A stretch of 41,416 nt of DNA. Source: Macrostomum lignano (lineage: Eukaryota). Below the pieces are notes generated by a model. That model worked only from the letters and a program-made list of their open reading frames with translations. It had not been told where the DNA came from and searched no databases. The stretch covers positions 1 to 41,416 of the forward strand of contig NIVC01004580.1 in assembly GCA_002269645.1 (NCBI GenBank), given 5' to 3'. Of this stretch, positions 15,647-26,234 are shown one piece after another; the stretch's first letter is position 1; each line of letters starts with the position of its first letter. The position numbers were made by a program, and so were the translations under genes.

Positions 15647-15666
15647 AGACAGACAGACAGACAGGC

Positions 15667-15711
<45 letters not shown>

Positions 15712-15712
15712 C

Positions 15713-15779
<67 letters not shown>

Positions 15780-15784
15780 CACAC

Positions 15785-15875
<91 letters not shown>

Positions 15876-15876
15876 C

Positions 15877-15959
<83 letters not shown>

Positions 15960-15962
15960 GGC

Positions 15963-16011
<49 letters not shown>

Positions 16012-16012
16012 C

Positions 16013-16071
<59 letters not shown>

Positions 16072-16076
16072 CACAC

Positions 16077-16151
<75 letters not shown>

Positions 16152-16196
16152 GGCAGACAGACAGACGGACAGACAGACAGGTAGATAGATAGATAA

Positions 16197-16262
<66 letters not shown>

Positions 16263-16263
16263 G
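15647..16263. repeat. Compound microsatellite: (GACA)n of about 530 bp followed by (GATA)n of about 80 bp
   Basis: Directly visible. Confidence 0.97.
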
Positions 16264-16998
16264 GATTGGTTAGATAAAGAAAAGCAATACCATTTATCGA
16301 AAGCGACCCAGGAAGAAACTGGAAGCCTCCCAAAAGGAGACCTTTAATAATGGAAGCACAGTGAATGCGCTGTGACCACTAGAGTGGCTGTTGATGCAGA
16401 CGGTGGGAAAAGGAAAAATGACCCGCAAAGAAGTCAGGTCACCTTTCTTGTCTAGAAGGCCCTTGTAGACAGACCCAGTTCCTTGATATAGGGCATATAT
16501 GTTATTAATAATGTTAGTAACTTTACTTACTATTTAGCTAAACTGCACATCGAATTGTTACAATCACTACAAAGCCGCTACTTTTACTGTGAAAGCTCCG
16601 ACAAGGCGTAAAGGTAATGGACGAGCCGTCAAAGCGACTACGATACTGTTGGAGGGAAAGAATGGGCCACAGCGCAATAATTCTGTCTTCGCAATGCTGA
16701 GATTTGATTTGTTTTTTTTTCTCTAATATAACTTGCCCAGGGACTTCGTACATTGCTACAGTCACGGTTTTTTATACAAGTACTTTTCTATTGCGGAAAT
16801 TCGGACAATATTTGGCATAAAAGTCTTTGTTAACATAAAGTGCTACTAACAGTAGGTTCATGAGTCTACACTGGTTATTACTATTCAATAGACATTTTCG
16901 GCCAATGATTAGTACAATTTACAATTTAAGTATCGAAATTGCTTTCATTCAAGTTTAAATATCGGATTATTAGGGGCCTAATTACACTCGGTGCGATT

Positions 16999-17790
16999 CC
17001 CACAGGAGGGTTTCCCGCAGGAGTATTTACCGCAGGAGTATTTACCGCAGGAGTATTTACCGCAGGAGTATTTACCACAGGAGTATTTACCACGGGAGTA
17101 TTTACCACAGGAGTATTTACCACAGGAGTATTTACCGCAGGAGTATTTACCGCAGGAGTATTTACCACAGGAGGGTTTCCCGCAGGAGGGTTTCCCGCAG
17201 GAGTATTTACCGCAGGAGGGTTTCCTGGAGGAGTATTTAACGCAGGAGGGTTTCCCGCAGGAGGGTTTCCCGCAGGAGAGTTTCCCGCAGGAGGGTTTCC
17301 CGCAGGAGGGTTTCCCGCAGGAGGGTTTCCCGCAGGAGGGTTTCCCGCAGGAGGGTTTCCCGCAGGAGTATTTACCGCAGGAGGGTTTCCTGGAGGAGTA
17401 TTTAACGCAGGAGGGTTTCCCGCAGGAGAGTTTCCCGCCGGAGGGTTTCCCGCAGGAGAGTTTCCCGCAGGAGGGTTTCCCGCAGGAGTATTTACCGCAG
17501 GAGGGTTTCCTGGAGGAGTATTTAACGCAGGAGGGTTTCCCGCAGGAGAGTTTCCCGCCGGAGGGTTTCCCGCAGGAGAGTTTCCCGCAGGAGGGTTTCC
17601 CGCAGGAGTATTTACTGCAGGAGGGTTTCCCACAGGAGTATTTACCGCAGGAGTATTTACCACAGGAGGTTTTCCCGCAGGAGGGTTTCCCGCAGGAGTA
17701 TTTACCGCAGGAGGGTGTGCCGCAGGAGGGTTTCCCACAGGAGTATTTACCGCAGGAGGGTGTCCCGCAGGAGGGTTTCCCAAAAGAGGG
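16999..17790. repeat. 15-bp minisatellite with two main unit types (CGCAGGAGTATTTAC and CGCAGGAGGGTTTCC), about 52 copies
   Basis: The period is 15 bp. It explains the four ~300-aa repetitive ORFs on both strands. Confidence 0.95.
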
Positions 17791-18571
17791 TTTCTGGAAA
17801 GAGGAGAGAGTATCGCATGATATATTGCAGGAGGGTTGCCCACAAGTAAATCTAGCGCCTTTGAGTCCATTGGTGCCCTTCAAGTTTTCTCTTGCTTCGT
17901 GGCCGAGAATCATAATGAGATTTTAATGTACATGTACATACATACTCGTAAGTGCTAGTATCTATAACTTATCTTCGCGTATAAAAAAATCCTAGAAGCT
18001 GTAGTAGTGTAACAACTACGGAGTTTTGGCCCTGGGCCCTAGAACTCAGACTTAGAATCCCTGATGTGCATATTACCAAATCTTGACAGCGAGATGTCGT
18101 AGGAAAAACTGGCGGTGGAAAACCTCTCGGGAGGAATCCCGGTGATTAGGCCATTTATTGGGGAGTATTCTAGCTATCTTCGCATAGCGTATATAATATA
18201 GATGTATGTAGTTTGAGAACTCACAATTACTCAAGACAGTTGTACACGTTGAAAAGTTGGCAACTAGCCAAATATAAAAGCTTTAATTTTTCTAGACAAG
18301 TATTGGCTATACGAGCTGTCGTGATTTTCGGAAACGATGCCAAACTGATTTTCATTGGATGGACGCTGACAATGTATTGGTTGCGTTGAATGTCCAGGAC
18401 TACCCGATTACAATGTAATGATTGTTGAGGTTATCTGACACAGTTTTTCCCGCTTTATGATCAATTTCCAATACTGCTTTGCGTGTAACTGATTGCTTTG
18501 TACTCCTAATTAAGAATATAACTCCCTTTTCAGGTCGGATAGCTCAGTGGTAAGGCGTCCTGAGCCCCAAG

Positions 18572-18660
18572 TTAGCCCCAAATTAATGCGACTGCAGTTG
18601 GAATCGAGCCTGGGCCGCTGGCACTTCAGTGCGCCGCTCAAGGCACTGGGCTACGGGGTC
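18572..18660 (-). mobile_element. tRNA-derived SINE-like 5' region (copy 1)
   Basis: The minus strand reads GACCCCGTAGCCCAGTGCC (A-box-like) ... GGCTCGATTCC (B-box-like). It shares an identical 20-mer and TTAGCCCCAAA with 23192-23252. Confidence 0.55.
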
Positions 18661-21369
18661 TTTGAGTTCCTACGAAAGATAATCCTCCTTGGTGGAATGT
18701 GTACATGCCTTATGATGAGTAAAATCAGGGTCGATGTCACGCTCATACAACCATGCAGTGTTAGTATATCGTGTCCCTGATTCGTAACAGAGCTCGGTGA
18801 GCTCATTAAAAACTGATGTTGTCTAATTTCAAACTCCAGATTTCAATTCAAATCAGGGGCTGTTTATTTAGAGTTACCAAAATATAGGTGAAAAGTGAAC
18901 TCCGATTTTCTCCGGTGGTCCAATAAATCGAATCAACAGTAACTGAGGACCGTTTAGGACCTTTAACGGGGTGTTAAAAATGTTAAAAGTGGAAAGTGCC
19001 ACCTTTTAGTTCTTTTTATAAATGTTAAATAAACGCTGGACTTGCGCACTATCCGTTGGAGGTTTAATATCCGTTTATCAACACAGCTGATAGTGTTCTC
19101 CCAGCCCCTCAGCACACTGAAGTGGCTGGCAAACAGAAAGTCACGAATTTTCAGCCTAAACTTCATTGACTGCTGCTGCGACTTAAACTTTCATGGCCAT
19201 ACTCGAACAGCCACGAGTCCTACATGAGGAAAGTTCTTTTTTCCACACGCGCTCGGAGCACTCGTGTTTGAACTGCGGCTCGATTTTTGGCTCCCTGCCA
19301 AGTCTTCTTGTATCCGATCTCGTGGTTTCCCCTTCTTTCTCTCGTCTCGCCCTGCAGTTCTCCCCTTTTCTCGGCTTTAATTCCATCTTCCCCTGCGGGG
19401 GGGGGGGGGTGGAGAGGCGAAGCGGAGGATGGAGCTGGGATTAAAAGAGGGGCGGAGCTCAGAGATTGGGGATTTCCCGCAGGGTGGAGCAGATGAAATT
19501 GGCGTCAGTTTCCATCTGGTCTGCCTCAAAGGACATGCGTCGGCGACATGCCATCACAGCCTGGGCATATGAGCCACTAAGTGGTACTAAATCTAAGTAC
19601 TTCTTAAAAACCCTTAAAATCTGAATGTCACGAGAAAAAATGTTAAACACGATAGTACAATTCATGCGTGCGTGGGTGAAAGAGAGAGAGAGAGAGTGAG
19701 CATCAGAGGAAATGAGAATGGCGAACAGTGCTCAAGTTTGTACTATAAATAGATGCCTCGCCAGATCCTTTCTTCTGTCCTTCGAAAAGATTGGGGGGAG
19801 GGAGGGATAGAGTGACAGAGACATCTCCCAGATCCACTCAAGGAAGCACACAAAGCCCAGCTAATTATCCCTAGTGATATTGCAGAGTCGGGACAGAGTA
19901 GATCTGCTAGCATTAGTCTAATCCCACCATAGCCAGGCTGTAATCTAGGGATCTCAAAAGACTGCACACCTATAAGAAAACCTAATCTGCAGAAAGAAGT
20001 TGAAAATATTTTCTATAATTTTTTTCAATGCCTTGTCTAGCATCTTAATTTTCTTTCTAGCATTATGCAATATGACTATCTTCAAGCATAGAAAAGTGTA
20101 TATTATAAATCTATGGTCATGATCTATAATTAGCAAGTGGATAATTTAAGAAAAACAATTCATATTGGGTATATACTACTATTACAATTCTTATCATTCA
20201 GTTTTGTTTTGAAAATAATTGATCTACCACTGGAAAGGATTTTAAATATAGAAGAATAGACAAATTATTTTTGTAAAATTCTTTATACAATTACCATTTA
20301 TGCATGAACTGCATTCCAGTTTTTAAAGAAAATTCTACAAATATGCTTGTAGCAATATGCTTAAACACCAGTTTTTATTCTATGTAATCAGATATATATT
20401 CATCTTGTGAATTATTCCTAATCGTACTGGACTAGCTGCAATTCAATTTAATTCACCAGAGTCTGGCCAGAAGTTTTTTTAAAACACAATAATAATTAAT
20501 TTAATACAAATTCTATGATGACTAATTACAAAGTATTTTGGTCTCTAAAGACAAAAAATATAACAAAAATATTGTGTTAAATAATAACTAATTAAGTATA
20601 ATAATATTAATAATATTTAATAAATAAATATTAAGTAATATTACAAAAAAACAATACTACAAAAATATAATATTTATTATTTAACATATAGTTTTATTTG
20701 GCTTTGCCCCCTTTATTAGAAAGAAAACAAAAATGTTATTGAACAAAAATTGAATTTAATTAAAGATACTTTAAAGATCATAAGTACTAAAATTTGAAAT
20801 AAAGACAAACAAAACTGTTAAAATGCTTACCTAAACTTAAATCATTCACTCTTTATCACATTCACAATATTATGTATAAGTATTGTTATGGTTGACAGCT
20901 TGATTACTAGACTACTGCATAAGTATTGCAAAAACGGAATTTAATAAAGACATGACTTTATTCAATCACTAAACGATTTTTTCTTCTAGATTCGATTTTC
21001 AAATCTTATTTAGTGCGTGACTATTAATATCACTTTCTGGCACTACCACTTTCTGTATCAAACACGTGGTAGGTGTCAGCGAGGCCAGTCAAAGTAAGAG
21101 AAATTTAAATTCACACGAAACGACGGTTACTATTGTAGCGTTGCTAGGATTTTTTATCTAGGACAGGAAAGAATTTTTAAACCAAATAGGAACTTTGAAC
21201 CATAAATGTCAAATCTAAGAGCTTCGACTTTTTATGAAAATTGTTATACCGTTATAATATCTAAATATTCATTCTAACACACAAACAGTACATGTACATA
21301 CATAGCGTTAACGTATAATATGTTCTGCTTTTAATACAATATTTAATACTAATAATTGATTACACCTGG

Positions 21370-21660
21370 CCCAAATTGGACCAGACGTGCAACCGACAGC
21401 TCAGCCGCAGCTATTGCGCGGTGCATCTGAAGGCAACGGCTGTTCTCTCGCCATGCAGGATTGCAGGTTCCGTCGCCATGCACTAAGCTGCTGCACACAG
21501 CCTTATACCCCAGCTAAATGCTGGTTTGCCCATTTTACAGCTAGGTGAACTGAACTAATGCAGAGTTAAGTGTCTTGCTCAAGGACAAAAACGGTGTTCC
21601 AGTGGGATCGGGAATCGATCCCCGGCGGACCTTCAGTTCGACGCTCTAACCCATGCACTG
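21370..21660 (-). mobile_element. tRNA-derived SINE with a CORE (MIR-like) central domain; left boundary approximate
   Basis: 21529-21587 CCCATTTTACAGCTAGGTGAACTGAACTAATGCAGAGTTAAGTGTCTTGCTCAAGGACA closely parallels the reverse-complemented MIR/CORE motif CCCATTTTACAGATGAGGAAACTGAG..AGAGGTTAAGTGACTTGCCCAAGGTCA. It is next to A/B-box-like GGTTAGAGCG and GATCGATTCCC on the minus strand. Confidence 0.6.
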
Positions 21661-22030
21661 TCATGTAGATACATGTACATGTAGTAGGATACAACCCCCA
21701 TACTTAGCTTTTAATTAAGTATAGCTAACCTGGATTTCAAGCGACATCGAGAATAAAATTAAGTTGTTATCACTCGAAATATCTATAGTGATACATGTAT
21801 GTTATATGTACAGTATATGCTTCATAATTTGATTTTTAAAGCCCCATACACATAAATCTAAGTAAAAGTATACGTGTCATGCATGCATTTATTCTACGTC
21901 AGACTTGATTTTTTATTTTAGATGTATGTGGACAGCTAGGTTAATTGCTCCTACGTGTATGTCCCTTCTAATATAATTTCTTGCAAAATTATATGCCTTA
22001 AGATAAAAACTTGTAGCATCATCGGCTAAA

Positions 22031-22036
22031 TTTATT
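22031..22036 (-). promoter_or_regulatory. Candidate polyadenylation signal (AATAAA) of the hydrolase gene
   Basis: AATAAA on the minus strand, about 130 nt after the stop codon. Confidence 0.4.
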
Positions 22037-22164
22037 GGCTTAAATAGGGGCACAATTGGCTCATAGCTCTGCTGTTTGAGCACGTCGTTAAAATCGGAAA
22101 TGATCAAGTGCAATTAAGTTAGTTCAATTAAAAATTGTTTGAGCTGTCAGTCTCAGATACGGCA

Positions 22165-22638
22165 TTAATTACGGCGTGTTCTCTCCAGAATGAACTCAGC
22201 CGTGTCCCGATTGGCCTCCTGGACCTTAGCCAGAGTGTCCGGCTTCTCCCGATCGGATCGCTTGGTGCAGAACCCGTGCTGTACCCCAATGAATCTTTTG
22301 TGCAGACACCTGGCCGCCAGCTCCTTGTCAGGAATGCCGTCCAAAAATTCGGCCATCTCCGGATCGTTCTCGGCTGGGAATAGCGCAATCGGTGCCCGAA
22401 TCTTGGCGATGTCTTCGGCCGATTGGCGCGACGGGTGCAGGCCGACGCCGCATGCGAACGGGTTGGAGGAGTCGGCCAAGGTGAGGGCCACCACCCAGCC
22501 GCCCCAGCAGAAGCCAATGATGGCCACCGGGCAGTCATCGCCGAGCTGCTGGCGCATGTACGGAATTACCGTGTCGAACGTGTCGCGTATCGCTTTGCCA
22601 GCGTCGGCTACTTCGCCGATCCATTTGAAGAATTCAGC
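22165..22638 (-). CDS. Dienelactone hydrolase family (CMBL-like) protein, last exon
   Basis: Contains the nucleophile motif GFCWGG, the acid motif AEND and the catalytic His motif QHGF. Acceptor TATTTTCATCAG|GCT at 22639/22638 is phase 0, and the stop is at 22165. Confidence 0.92.
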   Translation of the reverse strand, partial: AEFFKWIGEVADAGKAIRDTFDTVIPYMRQQLGDDCPVAIIGFCWGGWVVALTLADSSNPFACGVGLHPSRQSAEDIAKIRAPIALFPAENDPEMAEFLDGIPDKELAARCLHKRFIGVQHGFCTKRSDREKPDTLAKVQEANRDTAEFILERTRRN

Positions 22639-23191
22639 CTGATGAAAATAGTGCAGTTATTTTGTGGTAAAGAGCATGTACTCACTTCAATCATCGGATT
22701 AGATTTTTAACTCGTTTGACTGATAATTTATGTTGTTGAAAAAAGGGAACTACGAGCTAACATGTAGTTTTGGCGATTAACGAAATGAGATTTCAGTAAG
22801 TGAGTGAAAGGCTAATGCGGCTTTGCTTGGTCGGGTCTCTGGACAGTACACCGCAGCTTAGGGCGTCAGTCGACCTGCACTTAGACAGCGGGACGACAAA
22901 CAGTTAGTAGCCTAAATGTAGATAGAGGCAGGTGTGCATGTATGCACCAACCATGGTGCACTTTAAGCGACATTGTCATACAACCGGCAAGAGGCATGTG
23001 CATTACATGCCCATTCCGCCCACTCGGCCGTGAGCAGGTATACAAGCGCGCGGATACGTGACACACACGGGGGTGTACATACAGGCCCTAAATTTATTTA
23101 TCGTCAGTCAGCACACTTAATTCACGGTGCCATGAAGGGTTGACCCTCAAGAACGTTAATTGCACGAGCGGAGCCAAGCCGAGATTCCAAT

Positions 23192-23252
23192 TTAGCCCCA
23201 AAATGTGACTGCACTTCAGAGAGCGCCGCGCCAGGCACTGGGCTACGGGGTC
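23192..23252 (-). mobile_element. tRNA-derived SINE-like 5' region (copy 2, internally deleted)
   Basis: Colinear with 18572-18660 but missing the ~27-nt B-box segment. Confidence 0.5.
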
Positions 23253-23430
23253 ACCCCCCGTAAAGGTATACGTACGAGTACTTATATCAAGCGGGCACAC
23301 CCCCTGACACCGGGTGTGCCGCCATCCTCATCCTCACGCATGCTACGCGTGAACTCTGCTCTGCACAAAGATAATCAAGGGCCTCTGACGACCAGGCATT
23401 TGCTGATATTGAATTATCCAACGATATATA

Positions 23431-25648
23431 TGATGTAACCGCCCTTGTCGCCTGTCCGCTCCGTAGAGAGACGAACGCATGACTAGAGGGGGCAATGACC
23501 GTAGGCTGCCTATGACCGGGCAATGACCTGACGGACCTCCAGCACCAGACTGTCCCGCCCACATGATTAGTAGCTTTGGTAGCGCTTCGTGACCAGAGGG
23601 CCAAGGACCCACATGGACCCCACCTGTAGCCAAGGTGCAATAGTTGGTCACTCGGTCATGGTATGACCGAGTGGCTGCCACCACTCTATGTGACCTGGCG
23701 CACCTGGATCTTTCTACCAGACCTCTCGAGGCTAGAGCCCCGCCTGGATTGGTTACCAGGGGATTTAGGCTAACAGGGGAGACGCATGCAGCCGAGTACA
23801 GGGACTCTGCTTGGGGCATGATCGGGAACTCTGGGCTCAATCCTGGAGGATTTCTCAGCAGGGGATCCTTTGTGGCTGTGAGCGAGGCTGACTTGCGACT
23901 TTGATTACTAAGAGTAGTATGAGGCGAACATGTACTGTCTACAGTTTAGATTGCTCAGGGCGAAGGGACGCGTCAGCATGGGGTTGCAACCTTCCTACTG
24001 CCATTCTGTGCCAAGACTCGCTAATCCCTCTACTGCACGCACACGCGGCCCCGCAGCACGCACTCACAGGCGGGCTTTGCACGGGGAGAGGCCATTAGCT
24101 TACCCAAACTTCCTTACGCTTTGCCACCCCGGGAGAAAGGCTTAGCAAGCCATGAGTGAAATGATGGTGAAAGATTGAATAATGATGAAGTTAGTTAATA
24201 GTTAATAATTAGGCCCTTAGGCGAATAATCAGGCAATTAGGCGGCTTCACTATTGAGTAAAATACAGCAAAAGATACGGTATCACAATTGGCTCAGCTCT
24301 CTAATCAGACAATGGAAAATAGGCAAACCCCGGATAAGCAAAGGCAATTAGAGCACAAATTAGTAGCAGGAACTTACCGGCAGCTGCACAGAGAGAGAGA
24401 GAGGCGGAGTGACCGGTGGCGGCTGTAGGCTGCAATCAGGCAGACGGTGAAGCGGCGATGCGCTGGAGCGACGAGGCGCTGATGTGGATCAGGCGATGCT
24501 GATGATGCTGGGCGGTGTCAGACCGCTGGCCGATAGGCGAGCTCACTTGGGGAGCTAAGGATAACTTGGCGGTAACAGACCGCGGACCGGCAGGGACTCG
24601 TCTTATAGACGAATGGGTCAGAACTCAATCTGACGGCAAGTCCAAAGAAGGACGAGGAGAGGAAAAGTGATAAACTCAGTTGAGTATTCTCATGCCGAAA
24701 TCGCTTCCTTTTATAGACCTCACAGCCGCCTCCTCAAGGTCGTTACCATGGCTCCCTCTCTCTGATTGGCTGCCGGCAGAATGACGTCAGAATGAGTCAT
24801 GATGAGAAGCATGAGACCGGCATAGCAACATGAGAAATCGGGAAATTGCGCAATCCGGAGGTGGGGTGGGGGATAATTGGCGCAGCGGGTGGTCGCGAAA
24901 GTGTTGCGCAAGCAAACATTGAGAACAATAGGGCTGGGGTCGAGAACAAAGGAATTGGAAATCGGGGATAATTGGGGAAAACTGAGAACAATGGAAAAGT
25001 AAACATTGGAGAAAAGGTGATAATTAGGTGCGAAAACGAGAACAAAAGAAAGAGAAAATCGGAGAAAATGTGATAATTGGTGGGGGTCGAGAGAACAAAA
25101 GAAGCAAAAACGAGAACAATAGAAGCGGAGGTGGGGTGGGTGTCACATGAGAAATTTGGGAAGGAGAACAATAGCGTGAGAAAAGGTTGCGCAAGAGAGG
25201 GGGATGAGTCATCGATGAGTCACCGAGGGGGAGAAGGGGTCACACGACTTGCGTCACCGTTTGGGAGTTTGAGAGGGGATGGGGAGACGGTGAGCACACA
25301 AAGTACTGTAAGTAGACACAGGGAAAGAGGGGACAGCGCAGGAAAAGAGTGCAGAGGGAGACAAAAAAAAGGGAGGAGGTAGAGAAAGTACAGGAAGAAT
25401 AGGGCGGGAACAGAAGAGATAGGGTAGAGGGGGAGGTACAGAAAGGGGTAGGGGCTCCGGAAAGGCAGGTGTGGCGGCAGGAGAGACGGGACCAAGGCAG
25501 CAGGAGGGGTGCAGCAGAGCGGGAGTCTCCAGGCCCGGTCGGAGACCTGGCCGAGTCTCGACAGCTCTGTGCAGAGGGTGCACGGGATAGGAGGCACTTT
25601 CGAAAAAGTTCCCATGCCCTATCCCGCGACCAGAGCGTGGTTACATCA
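23431..25648 (-). mobile_element. 2218-bp solo-LTR-like insertion (probably Gypsy-type) in the hydrolase intron
   Basis: Ends are TGATGTAACC (23431) and GGTTACATCA (25648), a perfect 10-bp inverted repeat with TG..CA termini. A 4-bp TATA TSD is at 23427-23430 and 25649-25652. There is an internal Pol II promoter and no credible ORF. Confidence 0.8.
24680..24915 (-). promoter_or_regulatory. LTR-type Pol II promoter: C/EBP, AP-1, CRE, CCAAT and TATA motifs in canonical order
   Basis: TTGCGCAA at 24904-24911 and 24846-24853, TGAGTCA at 24793-24799, TGACGTCA at 24782-24789, CCAAT at 24769-24765 and TATAAAA at 24715-24709. The predicted start site is near 24683. Confidence 0.65.
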
Positions 25649-25680
25649 TATATAGCTGCCCGAATCCACACTATCACTAC

Positions 25681-25980
25681 CTGATCCTCAATAGGGAACT
25701 GCTTCCAAGCTCGACCGCGAAAGTAGTCCGGCATCACCACAGTGCCGTCGACGGCCGCGGCCAGCTCGTCGCAGAACAGTCGCGTCTGTTCAACCTCGAA
25801 GCCAAAGATGTCGTAGGCCGCGACGATGCCAACCCGACGGCCGGAACCGGTTTTGTAAATTGGCAACTGCGAGTCAGCACTGGACGACTGCAGCTTCTGG
25901 ACGGTGCCAACGGTGGCTCCGACTGGCGGGTGATCCACAGGGGTGCCCTGTCGACAGCAGGCTTCGTCCTTTAAAGACAT
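25681..25980 (-). CDS. Dienelactone hydrolase family (CMBL-like) protein, first coding exon
   Basis: Reads MSLKDEACC...GIVAAYDIFG...CDELA...VVMPDYFRG, typical DLH N-terminal motifs. Donor CAG|GTAGTG at 25681/25680 is phase 0 and joins the 22638 exon to give 257 aa. Confidence 0.9.
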
Positions 25981-26234
25981 TCTGGCTGGTGTAACGCCGG
26001 AAACTGGCACAGTAGGGAAATGTTAGTTCTTATTTCGCAAATATGTTGCATTGGACCAAGTTACAGTTATAAAAATATAAAAATATCAATAGTTGCAGAA
26101 GGGCTGTGGGCCCTAGCAAAATCGTCCCACAATCAACCAGCGCTGCGGCAGTTCTGCTCGTTCCATTGGCTCCTGAACGCTCCTGACATGTACATGTACA
26201 AGCGCACAAATACTGTATATATGATGCAGATGCT

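Noticed and set aside
14184-17926. Long ORFs of 180-380 aa (SGCPQLSFAT, CLSV, RQTD, PQEGF, GNPPA repeats)
   Set aside because: They are translations of 30-, 4- and 15-bp tandem repeats that lack stop triplets. Several frames and strands are open at once, and there is no splice or domain support.
18532-18660. Functional tRNA gene
   Set aside because: Only box-like fragments are present, and no complete cloverleaf can be drawn on either strand.
19740-20400. Possible degenerate LINE ORF fragment (RKDWGEGG-like) and AT-rich tail
   Set aside because: The similarity covers only a few residues and is interrupted by stops. It cannot be supported without a database search.
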